Position numbers and translations under genes: made by a program. Below, one piece after another: positions 33,211 to 42,588 of a stretch of 64,000 bases of DNA. Below the pieces are notes generated by a model. It was not told the origin of the DNA. It searched no databases and saw nothing but the letters and a program-made list of their open reading frames with translations. Each line of letters begins with the position of its first letter. Position 1 is the first letter of the stretch. This stretch comes from a bacterium (GTDB lineage Bacteria > Zhuqueibacterota > Zhuqueibacteria > Residuimicrobiales > Krinioviventaceae): the NCBI GenBank assembly GCA_963674595.2, contig CAXXFV010000004.1, forward strand, positions 288,001-352,000, read 5' to 3'.

Positions 33211-33801
33211 TTGAGAGTTTTATATTTAACAATTTTTATGTTTTTTCCGCTGTTTCTTTTTTGCTCAAAAAATAGCGATGTAAAACAGAACAATTCCCTT
33301 TCATTCGATGTGGATACGGAACTTTTAGGAAACGAGTTGGTCCTTGAGGAACTTGGACTGACCGTTTCCCCTCCTAAAAACTGTAAACCATTACAGCCTC
33401 AGGTTTATAAAGAATTTCTTTCCCGCCTTTCAGAAAAAATGAATCCTGTTGATTCTTTGTTGATAGAACCAAAAGCACTGTTTTTCGATCAGCAGAATAA
33501 TATTCTTTTTTCCGTTTCAAAAATAAATTTTACAGATTCGATATCAACGGTGGAAGATTATGAAAAAGAGTTGATGAAAAAATTTTCAACCCTTGATGCT
33601 AAAAAAGTAATTTTTGAATATAAAAATTTTACTATTCATCAGCTTAGAGTCATTTCTAATGATTCTATTCTATTCAAGCTAATTGTTCTTCAAAAAGAAA
33701 ATTTCATTCAACTGGATTATATCATCCCCAAACAGGGTTATCATAATTATCTAAAGGCCATCGAATCATCCATTGGTTCATTAAAAAGTAACGGAGGTTA
33801 G
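33211..33801 (+). CDS. Hypothetical lipoprotein
   Basis: Signal with FLFC; abuts neighbours on both sides. Confidence 0.6.
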   Translation: MRVLYLTIFMFFPLFLFCSKNSDVKQNNSLSFDVDTELLGNELVLEELGLTVSPPKNCKPLQPQVYKEFLSRLSEKMNPVDSLLIEPKALFFDQQNNILFSVSKINFTDSISTVEDYEKELMKKFSTLDAKKVIFEYKNFTIHQLRVISNDSILFKLIVLQKENFIQLDYIIPKQGYHNYLKAIESSIGSLKSNGG

Positions 33802-33802
33802 C

Positions 33803-34096
33803 ATGAAAAAAATGGTTTCACTTTTAATGTTGGTTATTTTGGTATCAATGTTTATGGGGTGTGCGGCACATGTTCATAAAGTCGGAGAAGGCGCACAAAG
33901 CAGAGAATATGTTGAAGCCCGGCAATGGTATGTTTTATGGGGTCTTGTTCCAATAAATGAAGTTGATTCGCAAAGTATGGCCGAAGGCAATACAAATTAT
34001 GAAATTAAAACGGAAAGCTCGGCTTTAGATATTATTATTAACTTTTTTACGTCAATGGTTTCTGTTACTTCCAGGACCGTCACAGTAACCAGATGA
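33803..34096 (+). CDS. Bor/Iss-like small lipoprotein
   Basis: FMGC lipobox, QWYVLWGLVPI, SRTVTV; GGAGG RBS. Confidence 0.7.
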   Translation: MKKMVSLLMLVILVSMFMGCAAHVHKVGEGAQSREYVEARQWYVLWGLVPINEVDSQSMAEGNTNYEIKTESSALDIIINFFTSMVSVTSRTVTVTR

Positions 34097-34120
34097 TGAT
34101 AACTTTTCGATGGCCTTTTT

Positions 34121-34708
34121 TTAACTTGCCTGGTTTTGTTTTATTTCAAACGTTTGAATAAATTCATCAAACGATTTGCGCCAGTGATCAATGGTTGGCT
34201 GGGGACCAACAGCTTTAAAAAACCAGGGTCCGTTTGCTGTTTCTGCAATAGCGGCCATCATTGCATAGTCTTTAAATGCTTCTCCTTTGCCATGCCCCAT
34301 CCCCATGTCTGTATTCAGATAAGTACCTGAAACCGTCACAATTGTAATCGGAAGATTATTGACATTAATTTTTAAAATGTCTTTAACATCGTGACTCGGA
34401 CGACCGTCCGGTTGTTGAAATTGGGTCAACCATCGGCTGATATTCATATCCACTGATCCCCCTGTTCCCGGGAAGTAAAACACCGCCAGTTCCGCATCTT
34501 TGTTATTATCGGTACCGGGTAACTGGAATTGCGCTTTACGCATCTGACTGCTGACGTGCTCCTCAATCCATCCGTCAGGTATTTTATAGGTTATTTCGCC
34601 TGCCGGTAAAGGTGTTTTTTCAGTTTTAGGAGTTTGTTCTTTTTTATTACAATAGAAGGCCGTAATTACAAAAAGAGCCAATGCAGCGGAAATGAACAGT
34701 TTTTTCAT
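34121..34708 (-). CDS. Hypothetical exported/lipoprotein
   Basis: Signal peptide; PDGW, MRKAQF, GGSVDMNISRW, PWFFKAVGP. Confidence 0.65.
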   Translation of the reverse strand: MKKLFISAALALFVITAFYCNKKEQTPKTEKTPLPAGEITYKIPDGWIEEHVSSQMRKAQFQLPGTDNNKDAELAVFYFPGTGGSVDMNISRWLTQFQQPDGRPSHDVKDILKINVNNLPITIVTVSGTYLNTDMGMGHGKGEAFKDYAMMAAIAETANGPWFFKAVGPQPTIDHWRKSFDEFIQTFEIKQNQAS

Positions 34709-34835
34709 AGGAACCTCAATTTAATTTTTTTACAATTACTCCTACAAACATTTAAAAGACACAAATGATTCCGTGAAATTTTTAAATCTTTTAACTATAA
34801 AATGGTATAATATGTTGTGGATCTGGTTCCCGGGT

Positions 34836-36101
34836 TTAAATCAAATCAATAATTGAACCGAAATCCGGATGAAATAATCGTTTATAAATTCTTATGGCAT
34901 ATCGGTCGGTCATGCCGGCGACATAATCGCACAATAACCTCGCAATGACAGTTTTATTGTTTTTATTTTGGGAAATAGAATATTCCAGTTCTTTTGGCAG
35001 CAATGAATCCAAAAAGTTTTTTTCACCAAGATAATTTTCCAAAAAGGTATTCATCAGGCGCTTTATCATATAATGCCCTTTAAACTCTAGTTGTTTTAAC
35101 TGCGGTGAATCAAATACCAGTTCTTTCGACAGCTTTTTGTAAACATTGCATACCTGTTTCACTTGCGGATCAATAACCAATTCATATCTGTATCGGTTTG
35201 TTTTTTCCGACATAAAATTTGAACGTTCTTTTAACTGACAAGCTTTAATAAAATCACCGATTTTTACTCCAAACCGGCTTTCCACATTTCCTGTTCGAAT
35301 AATTTCCAGCACATTATCAACAACGTCAACTTCTTCCTGGTTCAGTCCCCGGTCCAGGGCCCATTTTTCAACTTTTTCAAATGTGATGAATCCTGTTTTT
35401 ATACTATCCACCATATCGTTTAAAGAATAGGAGGTATCATCGGCCCAGTCCATAATCTGGCATTCGATACTTTTAAAAGAATTCAATGGTTTGCCCGGCT
35501 GTAATTCCTGTGGAAATTTTTCATTGTTAAAAACAAAATCCAGAATATGGGCCTGGTCGTCATAAATAAAATGATTTTCCGGATTTTCAAGCTGACTGTA
35601 CAAGGTTTTATATTTCAGAATACTATCAATAAAAGCACGCGTCGGGCTCATTCCTTTTCGCATGTCGGGTTTGGAATAGATGGTTTCCGTAAGAATACGC
35701 AGTGTTTGTCCGTTTCCTTCAAAACCGCCATAGTCTTTCATAAAATCGTTTAATATTTTTTCTCCGGCATGCCCGAATGGCGGGTGTCCCAGGTCATGCG
35801 AAAGACACGCGGCCTCAACAAGGTCCGGATCGATGTAGCAATGTTCATTTAAAATGTCGTTTTGAGATTTTAAATAATTACAGATTGACCGGCCGATTTG
35901 CGCGACTTCAATAGAATGGGTGAGCCGGGTACGGTAAAAATCATACTCCCCGGAAAAAAACACCTGGGTTTTTGCCTGCAGCCGGCGGAACGCAAAACTG
36001 TGAATAATTCGGTCCCGGTCTATCTGAAAAGGTGTCCGGTAGTCGGTGTTTCGTTCTTTAATACTTTGTATGTCAAAATCGTTATAAAAACTGTTTTTCA
36101 T
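34836..36101 (-). CDS. dgt: dGTP triphosphohydrolase (HD domain)
   Basis: DRDRIIHSFAFRRLQAKTQV, RTRLTHS, HDLGHPPFGHAGE, FEGNGQ, WADD, DYVAGMTD. Confidence 0.93.
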   Translation of the reverse strand: MKNSFYNDFDIQSIKERNTDYRTPFQIDRDRIIHSFAFRRLQAKTQVFFSGEYDFYRTRLTHSIEVAQIGRSICNYLKSQNDILNEHCYIDPDLVEAACLSHDLGHPPFGHAGEKILNDFMKDYGGFEGNGQTLRILTETIYSKPDMRKGMSPTRAFIDSILKYKTLYSQLENPENHFIYDDQAHILDFVFNNEKFPQELQPGKPLNSFKSIECQIMDWADDTSYSLNDMVDSIKTGFITFEKVEKWALDRGLNQEEVDVVDNVLEIIRTGNVESRFGVKIGDFIKACQLKERSNFMSEKTNRYRYELVIDPQVKQVCNVYKKLSKELVFDSPQLKQLEFKGHYMIKRLMNTFLENYLGEKNFLDSLLPKELEYSISQNKNNKTVIARLLCDYVAGMTDRYAIRIYKRLFHPDFGSIIDLI

Positions 36102-36142
36102 ATATCCTCGTTTTAATTTTGTTCATTTTTTACAGAACAAAT

Positions 36143-37249
36143 TTACCTGACCCGGTCATCCAACAGTGTTTTTAAATGAGCGCTGTTTCTGGGAGACCAG
36201 CCAAAAGCCTTTTGCCACACATCTGTTTTTTCCATACATAAATAAACAAAAACAGAATCTGAATGGCCTTTAATCCATTTATACATTTTTTTAAACATTT
36301 CAACACGAATGGGTTTAAAGTAGCGCAGTTTTTTATCGATACCCGGTAACAGTTCACCCAGCACAATGGGAGATTCCGGGTGGTTTTCACGGATAATATC
36401 ATCCAGTCCCGGGGGATAACGTAGCGCGCCCAGGCTGATCCAGGCGATATTTTCCGGTTTGATAACACGAAATATTTTATCCACGGTTTCTTTATAGCCT
36501 TCTTGCCACCCGTCGAAATGGATCATGGGATCAAAATGAAAACCAATTCTGTAGCCGGCTTTTTGCACCTCTTTGGCTGCTTCCAGACGTGCGTCAATGT
36601 CCGGCGCCAGGGATTCTTCCTGTTCCGTAATATGTGAAGCATTTAAAGACCAGGAAACAACCGTGCGTTTGTTATGCTCAATATCTAATATATTTTGTAT
36701 CTGTGGACTTTTACTTTTCAATTCTATAATTGCATTTTGTTTGTCTTTAAAAAAACGGACCAGGTCTGCACCGAGTTCTGTGATGTGATCAAACGTCAGG
36801 CTGTCGCTCAGTTCACCTGTGCCGATGCGGTAGAATTGATTTTGGTGTATCTTTAGTTTTTCCGATACTTCATCATACATTTCATCCAGATTACAGTACA
36901 AGGTTTTGACCGGATTGTTTATATATCCCTGAAGGATGCAATAACTGCAATCGATATCACAACCGGCCGCGACATCGAGATTATAATAAAGGCAGCAGAT
37001 ATGTTTTTGTGTTCCCGGACAAAGCCGCAAAAAAGGGCCCCGTTGTTTGGCAAGCAGCAGTGTTTTAAGGGCGGTGGCTTTTTCTTTTTTTAATAAAGAT
37101 ATGGACAAGATTTCATTGGCGTCGGGAATGACCGACTGTTCAATTTTTGGGAATTTTGCAATAACCTTTTTCGCAAAAGCCGTATGTTGAACGGATTTTT
37201 CAATATATATTTTTTCAGGCACAAATGGCTGGTATTGGTTTTTTTTCAT
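36143..37249 (-). CDS. Spore photoproduct lyase-like radical SAM protein
   Basis: CDIDCSYC (CxxxCxxC), TGELSDSL, ELKSK, VVSWSLN, GFHFDPM, KLRYF, VYLCME. Confidence 0.85.
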   Translation of the reverse strand: MKKNQYQPFVPEKIYIEKSVQHTAFAKKVIAKFPKIEQSVIPDANEILSISLLKKEKATALKTLLLAKQRGPFLRLCPGTQKHICCLYYNLDVAAGCDIDCSYCILQGYINNPVKTLYCNLDEMYDEVSEKLKIHQNQFYRIGTGELSDSLTFDHITELGADLVRFFKDKQNAIIELKSKSPQIQNILDIEHNKRTVVSWSLNASHITEQEESLAPDIDARLEAAKEVQKAGYRIGFHFDPMIHFDGWQEGYKETVDKIFRVIKPENIAWISLGALRYPPGLDDIIRENHPESPIVLGELLPGIDKKLRYFKPIRVEMFKKMYKWIKGHSDSVFVYLCMEKTDVWQKAFGWSPRNSAHLKTLLDDRVR

Positions 37250-38219
37250 CAGACAAGTTCCAGCATTTTTTCGATAATGTGTTTATCCTGCATAGACTGT
37301 AAAGTATTCAGGTGGTTTTGATATTCTTGCAAATTTTTAAAAGAGAAAAAAACATTAAAACTGTTTCCCTCAAATGAAGGCGGCGCCTGGACCCGGATCT
37401 CCGGCGGCAGCTTTGCTTCTGATAAAAGGGTTTTCGTATTTCTCTTTTGTTTTTGAAAATTCGGGGTATCGCCATGAGAAGAGCAGTTGTTTACAGTGTT
37501 CGGCTTTTTGGGCCGGTGTCCATTTGTCCTGGTTTAAAATATTCTGAAAATTTGGCTCATCAAGGAACTCACAAATAGTCATTCCTTTAATTCGTGAAAC
37601 ATCAGAGATCAACATCCAAAAGTCTTTTTGCTGGTTTTTCCCAAGCCGCAGTTCTGTAAAAAATTTATAAACAGCAGCCTGTATTTTATCCTCAAAATCA
37701 CTGAATGTTGCTGCCAGGTCCAGGGAAATATTATCATTAATCAGTGATTTTTGCCACTCCGGGATTAAAAGATGCAGTGGTTGGTGGAGTTGATACACTT
37801 TGGGATTGCGCCCAAGTTTCATCAACGGAAAAAAATCATGGATTATTTGTTCCGGTAAAAGGTTAAAACCTTGTTCCAGTTTTTTTATCACAAAAGAGAT
37901 TTGTATGGCATCCAGTTGTTTTTGTAACGGATTGTTCCTGGATGGCAATTTTAAACAATTCCAAATCATCCGGTGTTGTTTTAATGAAAACAGGAATATT
38001 TTGAATACCCAGTGTTTTTACTGCCTTGAATCGGCTGAAACCGCTGACAATTCGAAAGTTATTATCAGAAATCGGTTGAACCAGTAAAGGCGATAATATA
38101 CCCATTTTTTTTATAGACAGTATTAATTCAGAAATATTATCTGAACTGCAAATTTGAAATGTGGTGTTTTTATCATCTATCTGTTCAGGTTTTATTATTT
38201 TCAAGCTGTTTGTAATCAT
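37249..38219 (-). CDS. ParB/Srx-like N-terminal domain protein, interrupted by two +1 frameshifts (~37920, ~37430)
   Basis: SIKKMGILSPLLV, IVSGFSRFKA (GxxRxxA); second frame 37370-37969; third frame LLSEAKLPPEIRVQAPPSFEG...KMLELV ends at TGA overlapping the next ATG. Confidence 0.75.
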
Positions 38220-38273
38220 ATTGTTATCCAATTTTATGAACCTTATATGTTGATATTTTTTATGTAAAAACCC

Positions 38274-38302
38274 TTGACTATTTTACAAAATATTGTTATG
38301 AT
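38274..38302 (+). promoter_or_regulatory. Sigma70 promoter of ssb
   Basis: TTGACT-17-TATGAT with TG extension. Confidence 0.6.
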
Positions 38303-38353
38303 TCTCAATAATTAATTTGAACGTTTAATTTTATTCAATGGAGGAGGGGGCTT

Positions 38354-38794
38354 ATGGCTTTTGATAGCAAAGGTACCCTGAACAAAGTAATGCTCATCGG
38401 ACGGTTGGGACAAGACCCTGAATTAAAATACACGCCTTCCGGTGCCGCTGTTGTAACGTTGAGTGTTGCAACAAACACGTCATATAAAGCACAGGATGGC
38501 AATATGGTAGAAAATACAGAATGGCATCGTGTTGTTGTATGGCGTAAAACCGCTGAAATGATTGCACAATATGCAAAAAAAGGTGGTCGCTTGTATATTG
38601 AAGGAAAACTGGTCACACGGTCCTGGGACGATAAAGATGGTAATAAAAGGTATACCACCGAAATACAGGCTGATCAGGTTCAGTTTTTAGAGTCACGACC
38701 GTCACAAGGCTCCTCACAGAATGATGAACCGCCCTTACCAGATTCAGATTATACTGAACCTCAAGTTGATGATGCCGACGATTTACCTTTTTAG
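38354..38794 (+). CDS. ssb: Single-stranded DNA-binding protein
   Basis: LNKVMLIGRLGQDPE, TEWHRVV, C-terminal DDLPF. Confidence 0.97.
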   Translation: MAFDSKGTLNKVMLIGRLGQDPELKYTPSGAAVVTLSVATNTSYKAQDGNMVENTEWHRVVVWRKTAEMIAQYAKKGGRLYIEGKLVTRSWDDKDGNKRYTTEIQADQVQFLESRPSQGSSQNDEPPLPDSDYTEPQVDDADDLPF

Positions 38795-38860
38795 TTAAAT
38801 TTATCCAGCATAATATGGAAAACACAAAAATTGTGATTTGAATAAGGATATGATGGACTT

Positions 38861-38887
38861 TATCCAACGTCTTTTTGACGTTGGGTA
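38861..38887 (+). terminator. Hairpin after ssb
   Basis: TATCCAACGTC-TTTTT-GACGTTGGGTA; weak U-tract. Confidence 0.45.
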
Positions 38888-38910
38888 TGTATTAAAAAAA
38901 GGAGTGCATA

Positions 38911-39530
38911 ATGACTGAATCAGTAAACCAAACTCAAACCCCAGCTTCCAAAAGTATTAATATGGGAGGGTGGATTAGTCAGGCCTGGAATATGGTCTTT
39001 TCAGAATTTGGCCCGATATTATTACTCTCAATCATTTATCTTGTCGCTTTGACAGTTGCTTCCTCAACAGTTATTGGAACTTTTGTTTTAGGCGGCCCTT
39101 TAACTGTCGGCTTTTTTTATGCATTATTCCGCAAAATTAAAGGTCAACCTGTTCAGGTGGGCGATATCGGCAAGGGATTTAATTTCTTTGTCGCATCACT
39201 TTTGTCTTATATTTTGATCAGTTTTTTTACAAGTATTGGCTTTCTACTATGTATTATTCCGGGATTTATCGTTACGGCTCTATATATTTTTACGCCTGCT
39301 TTTATTGCTGATAAAAATATGGATTTTTGGGAAGCCATGGAAGCCAGCCGCAAGCTGGTAAGTCAGCATCTTTTTGAAATGGTTATTTTTACTTTAGTCC
39401 TTATTCTTATATCTATTGCCGGCATATTGTTATGTGGAATAGGTTTATTTATCACCACTCCGCTTTGTTTTGCAGCATTGTAATAGCTTATAATGAGCTT
39501 GTTGGTATTGAAACAGAATTTACAGAGTAA
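38911..39530 (+). CDS. Integral membrane protein (DUF975-like); probable frameshift at ~39480
   Basis: GPLTVG, GFLLCIIPG, FWEAMEASRKLV, LLCGIGLFIT; -1 frame continues VIAYNELVGIETEFTE to stop at 39530. Confidence 0.75.
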
Positions 39531-39533
39531 ACT

Positions 39534-39559
39534 AAAAGGCGGTTTATAAACCGCCTTTT
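39534..39559. terminator. Bidirectional terminator
   Basis: Palindrome AAAAGGCGGTTTATAAACCGCCTTTT between convergent genes. Confidence 0.8.
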
Positions 39560-39560
39560 T

Positions 39561-39935
39561 TTATATTGTTGATTTTGATCCGCAAGGCTTTTTGGCACCC
39601 CCACAACACCCGTTTTGGGCCTTATCGCTTTTTATCTCATTTGATGTGGAAGGTTTAATAGATGTTACTTTATATCCTATAGACGTTACAGCCGTTGTTA
39701 ATAGTTCGTCATTAACCTTTGCCGTATCATAGACTACTTTAGCGTAACTATCTTTTAATGAGACATTCGCTTTTTGAACGCCGTCAATTTTTTCCAAAGC
39801 GCCTTTAACATCTGTTACACATCCGCTACATGTCATTCCTGTTATTTTAATATCAACTGTTTTTACATCACTCGTCCCTGCTAATGAAAGCGTTGCTGCA
39901 AAAATTACTAAAAGCAAAGAATTGAAAATTTTCAT
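39561..39935 (-). CDS. Exported heavy-metal-associated (HMA, MerP/CopZ-like) protein
   Basis: Signal peptide, GMTCSGC motif, Cys-rich tail GCCGG..PCG. Confidence 0.88.
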   Translation of the reverse strand: MKIFNSLLLVIFAATLSLAGTSDVKTVDIKITGMTCSGCVTDVKGALEKIDGVQKANVSLKDSYAKVVYDTAKVNDELLTTAVTSIGYKVTSIKPSTSNEIKSDKAQNGCCGGAKKPCGSKSTI

Positions 39936-40045
39936 AAATCACCTCTTAAATTAAATTGTTAGATATGTAAAAATTTCTAACATTGCTTTGTAAGCGATTA
40001 TTCCTGAACCGTTATGCTTTTTGTAATAAATCTAATGTTATTTTT

Positions 40046-41371
40046 TTAATAGAGAGAAAGGAAAGATAAATCCCCTTTTACCACCTGATTTTGTTTATAT
40101 GCTAAAAGGGCACGTTTTCTGGAAAAGCTGATATCCAGGATTGGTTCAGGATAGTCCTTTGTATCGTATTCCGGGACCCATTTTTTAACATATTTTAATT
40201 CAGGATCGAATCTTTTTAATTGTAATTCAGGATTAAAGATTCGAAAGTATGGAACCGCATCGCAGCCTGTACTTGCTGCCCATTGCCAGTTCCCGTTATT
40301 AGAGGACAATTCAAAATCCAGCAGTTTTTTTGCAAAGTAATTTTCCCCCCAACGCCAATCAATAAGCAAATTTTTCGTTAAAAAACTTGCCGTTACCATG
40401 CGGACCCGATTGTGCATAAAACCTGTTTCATTTAATTGACGCATTCCGGCATCTACAAGAGGGAATCCGGTCATACCGTTACACCATTTATTTAAGTCTG
40501 TTTCACTATTTATCCAATTTATGTTGTTATATTTTTCTTTAAAGGATTGGTGTACCACCGAGGGAAAGTGATACAAAATCATCATAAAAAATTCACGCCA
40601 GACAAGTTCGTTCAGCCAGGTTGCATTTTCCAGCAGTGCCAACGATACCGCTTCCCGTATGCTGATTGTTCCGAACCTGAAATGCAGGCCTAAATACGTT
40701 GTTGCATCCAGCGCAGGGAAATCTCTTGTTTTATGGTAATGTACAATTTTTTCTACGGGAAATACAGGAGGGGGGAATTGAAAACCGGTTTTTTTGAAAC
40801 CAATATCTTTCAGTGAGGGAAAGTCGAATTTTTTTTTATAAAAAAAATTAAACTTGTCCAAGGTGTCATATTGTTTAACAGGGTTTGTGGAAAGCGTTGC
40901 CAGCCATTTGTTTTTATAGGGAGTAAATACTGTATAAGGTGTATTATCTTTTTTAATTATTTCGTTTTTTTCAAAAATGACCTGATCTTTAAATGAAAAA
41001 AATAAAAGACCTTTTGAAATAAAAAGGTCCTTTATTTTTTCATCACGTTCAATTGCGTAGGGTTCATAATCATTGTTAAGGTAAATACCTGCTGAATCGA
41101 ATTCATTGAGCAATCCAGCCCAAATTTTTACCGGGTCCCCATATTTTATTAAAAGACTGCTGTTATAATTTTTTAAATTTTGATCCAGTTTTAAAATTGT
41201 ATTATAAATAAATTCAACACGTTTGTCAGTTGGTTCGAGTTCTTTTAAAATTTTTTCATCAAAAATAAAGACAGGAACCACCGGGTATCCGCTCTCTAGT
41301 GCATGATACAAACCCGTATTGTCTTCCAGTCTCAAATCACGGCGAAACCAGAAAAAAGCAACTTTTTTCAT
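40046..41371 (-). CDS. phrB: Deoxyribodipyrimidine photolyase (class I CPD)
   Basis: WFRRDLRLEDN, ELVWREF, TGFPLVDAGMRQL, MHNRVRM, NNGNWQW, YFRIFNP. Confidence 0.95.
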   Translation of the reverse strand: MKKVAFFWFRRDLRLEDNTGLYHALESGYPVVPVFIFDEKILKELEPTDKRVEFIYNTILKLDQNLKNYNSSLLIKYGDPVKIWAGLLNEFDSAGIYLNNDYEPYAIERDEKIKDLFISKGLLFFSFKDQVIFEKNEIIKKDNTPYTVFTPYKNKWLATLSTNPVKQYDTLDKFNFFYKKKFDFPSLKDIGFKKTGFQFPPPVFPVEKIVHYHKTRDFPALDATTYLGLHFRFGTISIREAVSLALLENATWLNELVWREFFMMILYHFPSVVHQSFKEKYNNINWINSETDLNKWCNGMTGFPLVDAGMRQLNETGFMHNRVRMVTASFLTKNLLIDWRWGENYFAKKLLDFELSSNNGNWQWAASTGCDAVPYFRIFNPELQLKRFDPELKYVKKWVPEYDTKDYPEPILDISFSRKRALLAYKQNQVVKGDLSFLSLY

Positions 41372-41955
41372 CAGTAAATTTCAGCTCTTTTATATCCTCT
41401 GTCTTTTACATGCCTCCATAAGGAACGTTGTAAAATTCGACGAGCCCTAAACAGCCGTGACATAACCGTTCCCAAAGGCACGTCTGCCTTTTCAGAAATT
41501 TCTTTATAGGACAAACCTTCGACATCTGCTAATATAATAATTTGTCGAAAACTTTCTGAAAGTTTATCCAGTGCTTTATTTACGTTATCATCAAAGAGAT
41601 CCTGATATTTTTCATCATCATAAACATTCAGGTTTTCCGGTTCCTTGTATGGATCTTCATCTTCAATTAAAAAGGAAACCTTGTCAATATCAACATGTTG
41701 AGGCATTCTGGATTTTTTTCTATATTTGTTAATAAAAGTGTTTGTCAGAATTTTAAAAATCCAGGCTTTGAAATTTGTACCTTCCTGAAATTGATTAAAG
41801 AACCTATAGGCTCGTAAATAGGTATCTTGAACTAGATCTTCTGCTTCTTCCGTGTTACGTGTCATCCTCAGAGCAGAGCCATATAACAGGTCCATGTGTT
41901 CGAGGGCAATATTTTCAAAGTTGTCTCTTTTTTCAGGGTTTAGTTTTTGTTCCAT
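41371..41955 (-). CDS. ECF RNA polymerase sigma factor
   Basis: [51 protein letters not shown]. Confidence 0.93.
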   Translation of the reverse strand: MEQKLNPEKRDNFENIALEHMDLLYGSALRMTRNTEEAEDLVQDTYLRAYRFFNQFQEGTNFKAWIFKILTNTFINKYRKKSRMPQHVDIDKVSFLIEDEDPYKEPENLNVYDDEKYQDLFDDNVNKALDKLSESFRQIIILADVEGLSYKEISEKADVPLGTVMSRLFRARRILQRSLWRHVKDRGYKRAEIY

Positions 41956-41993
41956 TGCCTCCTCCTTTCCCCATTTAAGTTCTCTCTACTATT

Positions 41994-42021
41994 TAGATGA
42001 AAAAGTAAACAAAATGTTTCA
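41994..42021 (-). promoter_or_regulatory. ECF-type promoter upstream of the sigma gene
   Basis: Minus strand TGAAAC-N16-CATCTA, resembling the generic ECF AAC/(CG)TC consensus. Confidence 0.5.
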
Positions 42022-42075
42022 AAATTAATTGAAATACTGAATTTTTTTTAGTTCCTTATAAATAGTAAACTTGAT

Positions 42076-42207
42076 TCAGGGCATTAGGATCAAATACAGA
42101 AAAAAGAAAAGTGTAATGTTTGTAAATGTCAGCAGGAAATGATTTAAAGATGACGGATTTATCCCGATGAGAAATTTGAAGTTATTTGAAATATTTTTAT
42201 ATTTCAT
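42076..42207 (-). CDS. Putative 43-aa small membrane protein (not in ORF track)
   Basis: MKYKNISNNFKFLIGINPSSLNHFLLTFTNITLFFFLYLILMP; GAGGTG SD just upstream of ATG; TTGACA-17-TATTTT promoter at 42274-42246. Confidence 0.5.
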   Translation of the reverse strand: MKYKNISNNFKFLIGINPSSLNHFLLTFTNITLFFFLYLILMP

Positions 42208-42588
42208 CAGACACCTCATTAATTATAATTTCGGTACCTATAATTAAAATATAAAAGACTTTAATTCATGTCAATAGGATATTTCATTTTTTTTGATTTA
42301 AAACACCTTTTCCGTTATTTTAAATAATTCTAAAGACCTTTCAGGCAAACTAAAAAAGGTGGAAATATTTTTAAAATTACATTGCGTATTTTTTTCAAGT
42401 TATTTATTTTTAATATTAATAACCGGAAATATCTGCAAAACAAGTGATGATCAATGTCTTTCAACGGCAAAAGCATCTTATTGTATACAAATTTCCATTC
42501 TTAATCGATTCGATGTTTTAAACAATAATTTTGGGTGATCTGCACATTTTAAATTCTAAAATTCCGGTTTTCACATATCTAAAAGGAG

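Noticed and set aside
25401-34096. Possible island or prophage at tRNA-Phe (OLD-like ATPase and Bor-like gene nearby)
   Set aside because: No integrase, no duplicated tRNA 3' end seen, no phage structural genes
34836-36101. dGTPase as an anti-phage nucleotide-depletion system
   Set aside because: Looks like an ordinary Dgt in a core-gene context with no defence island; cannot be supported without phylogeny
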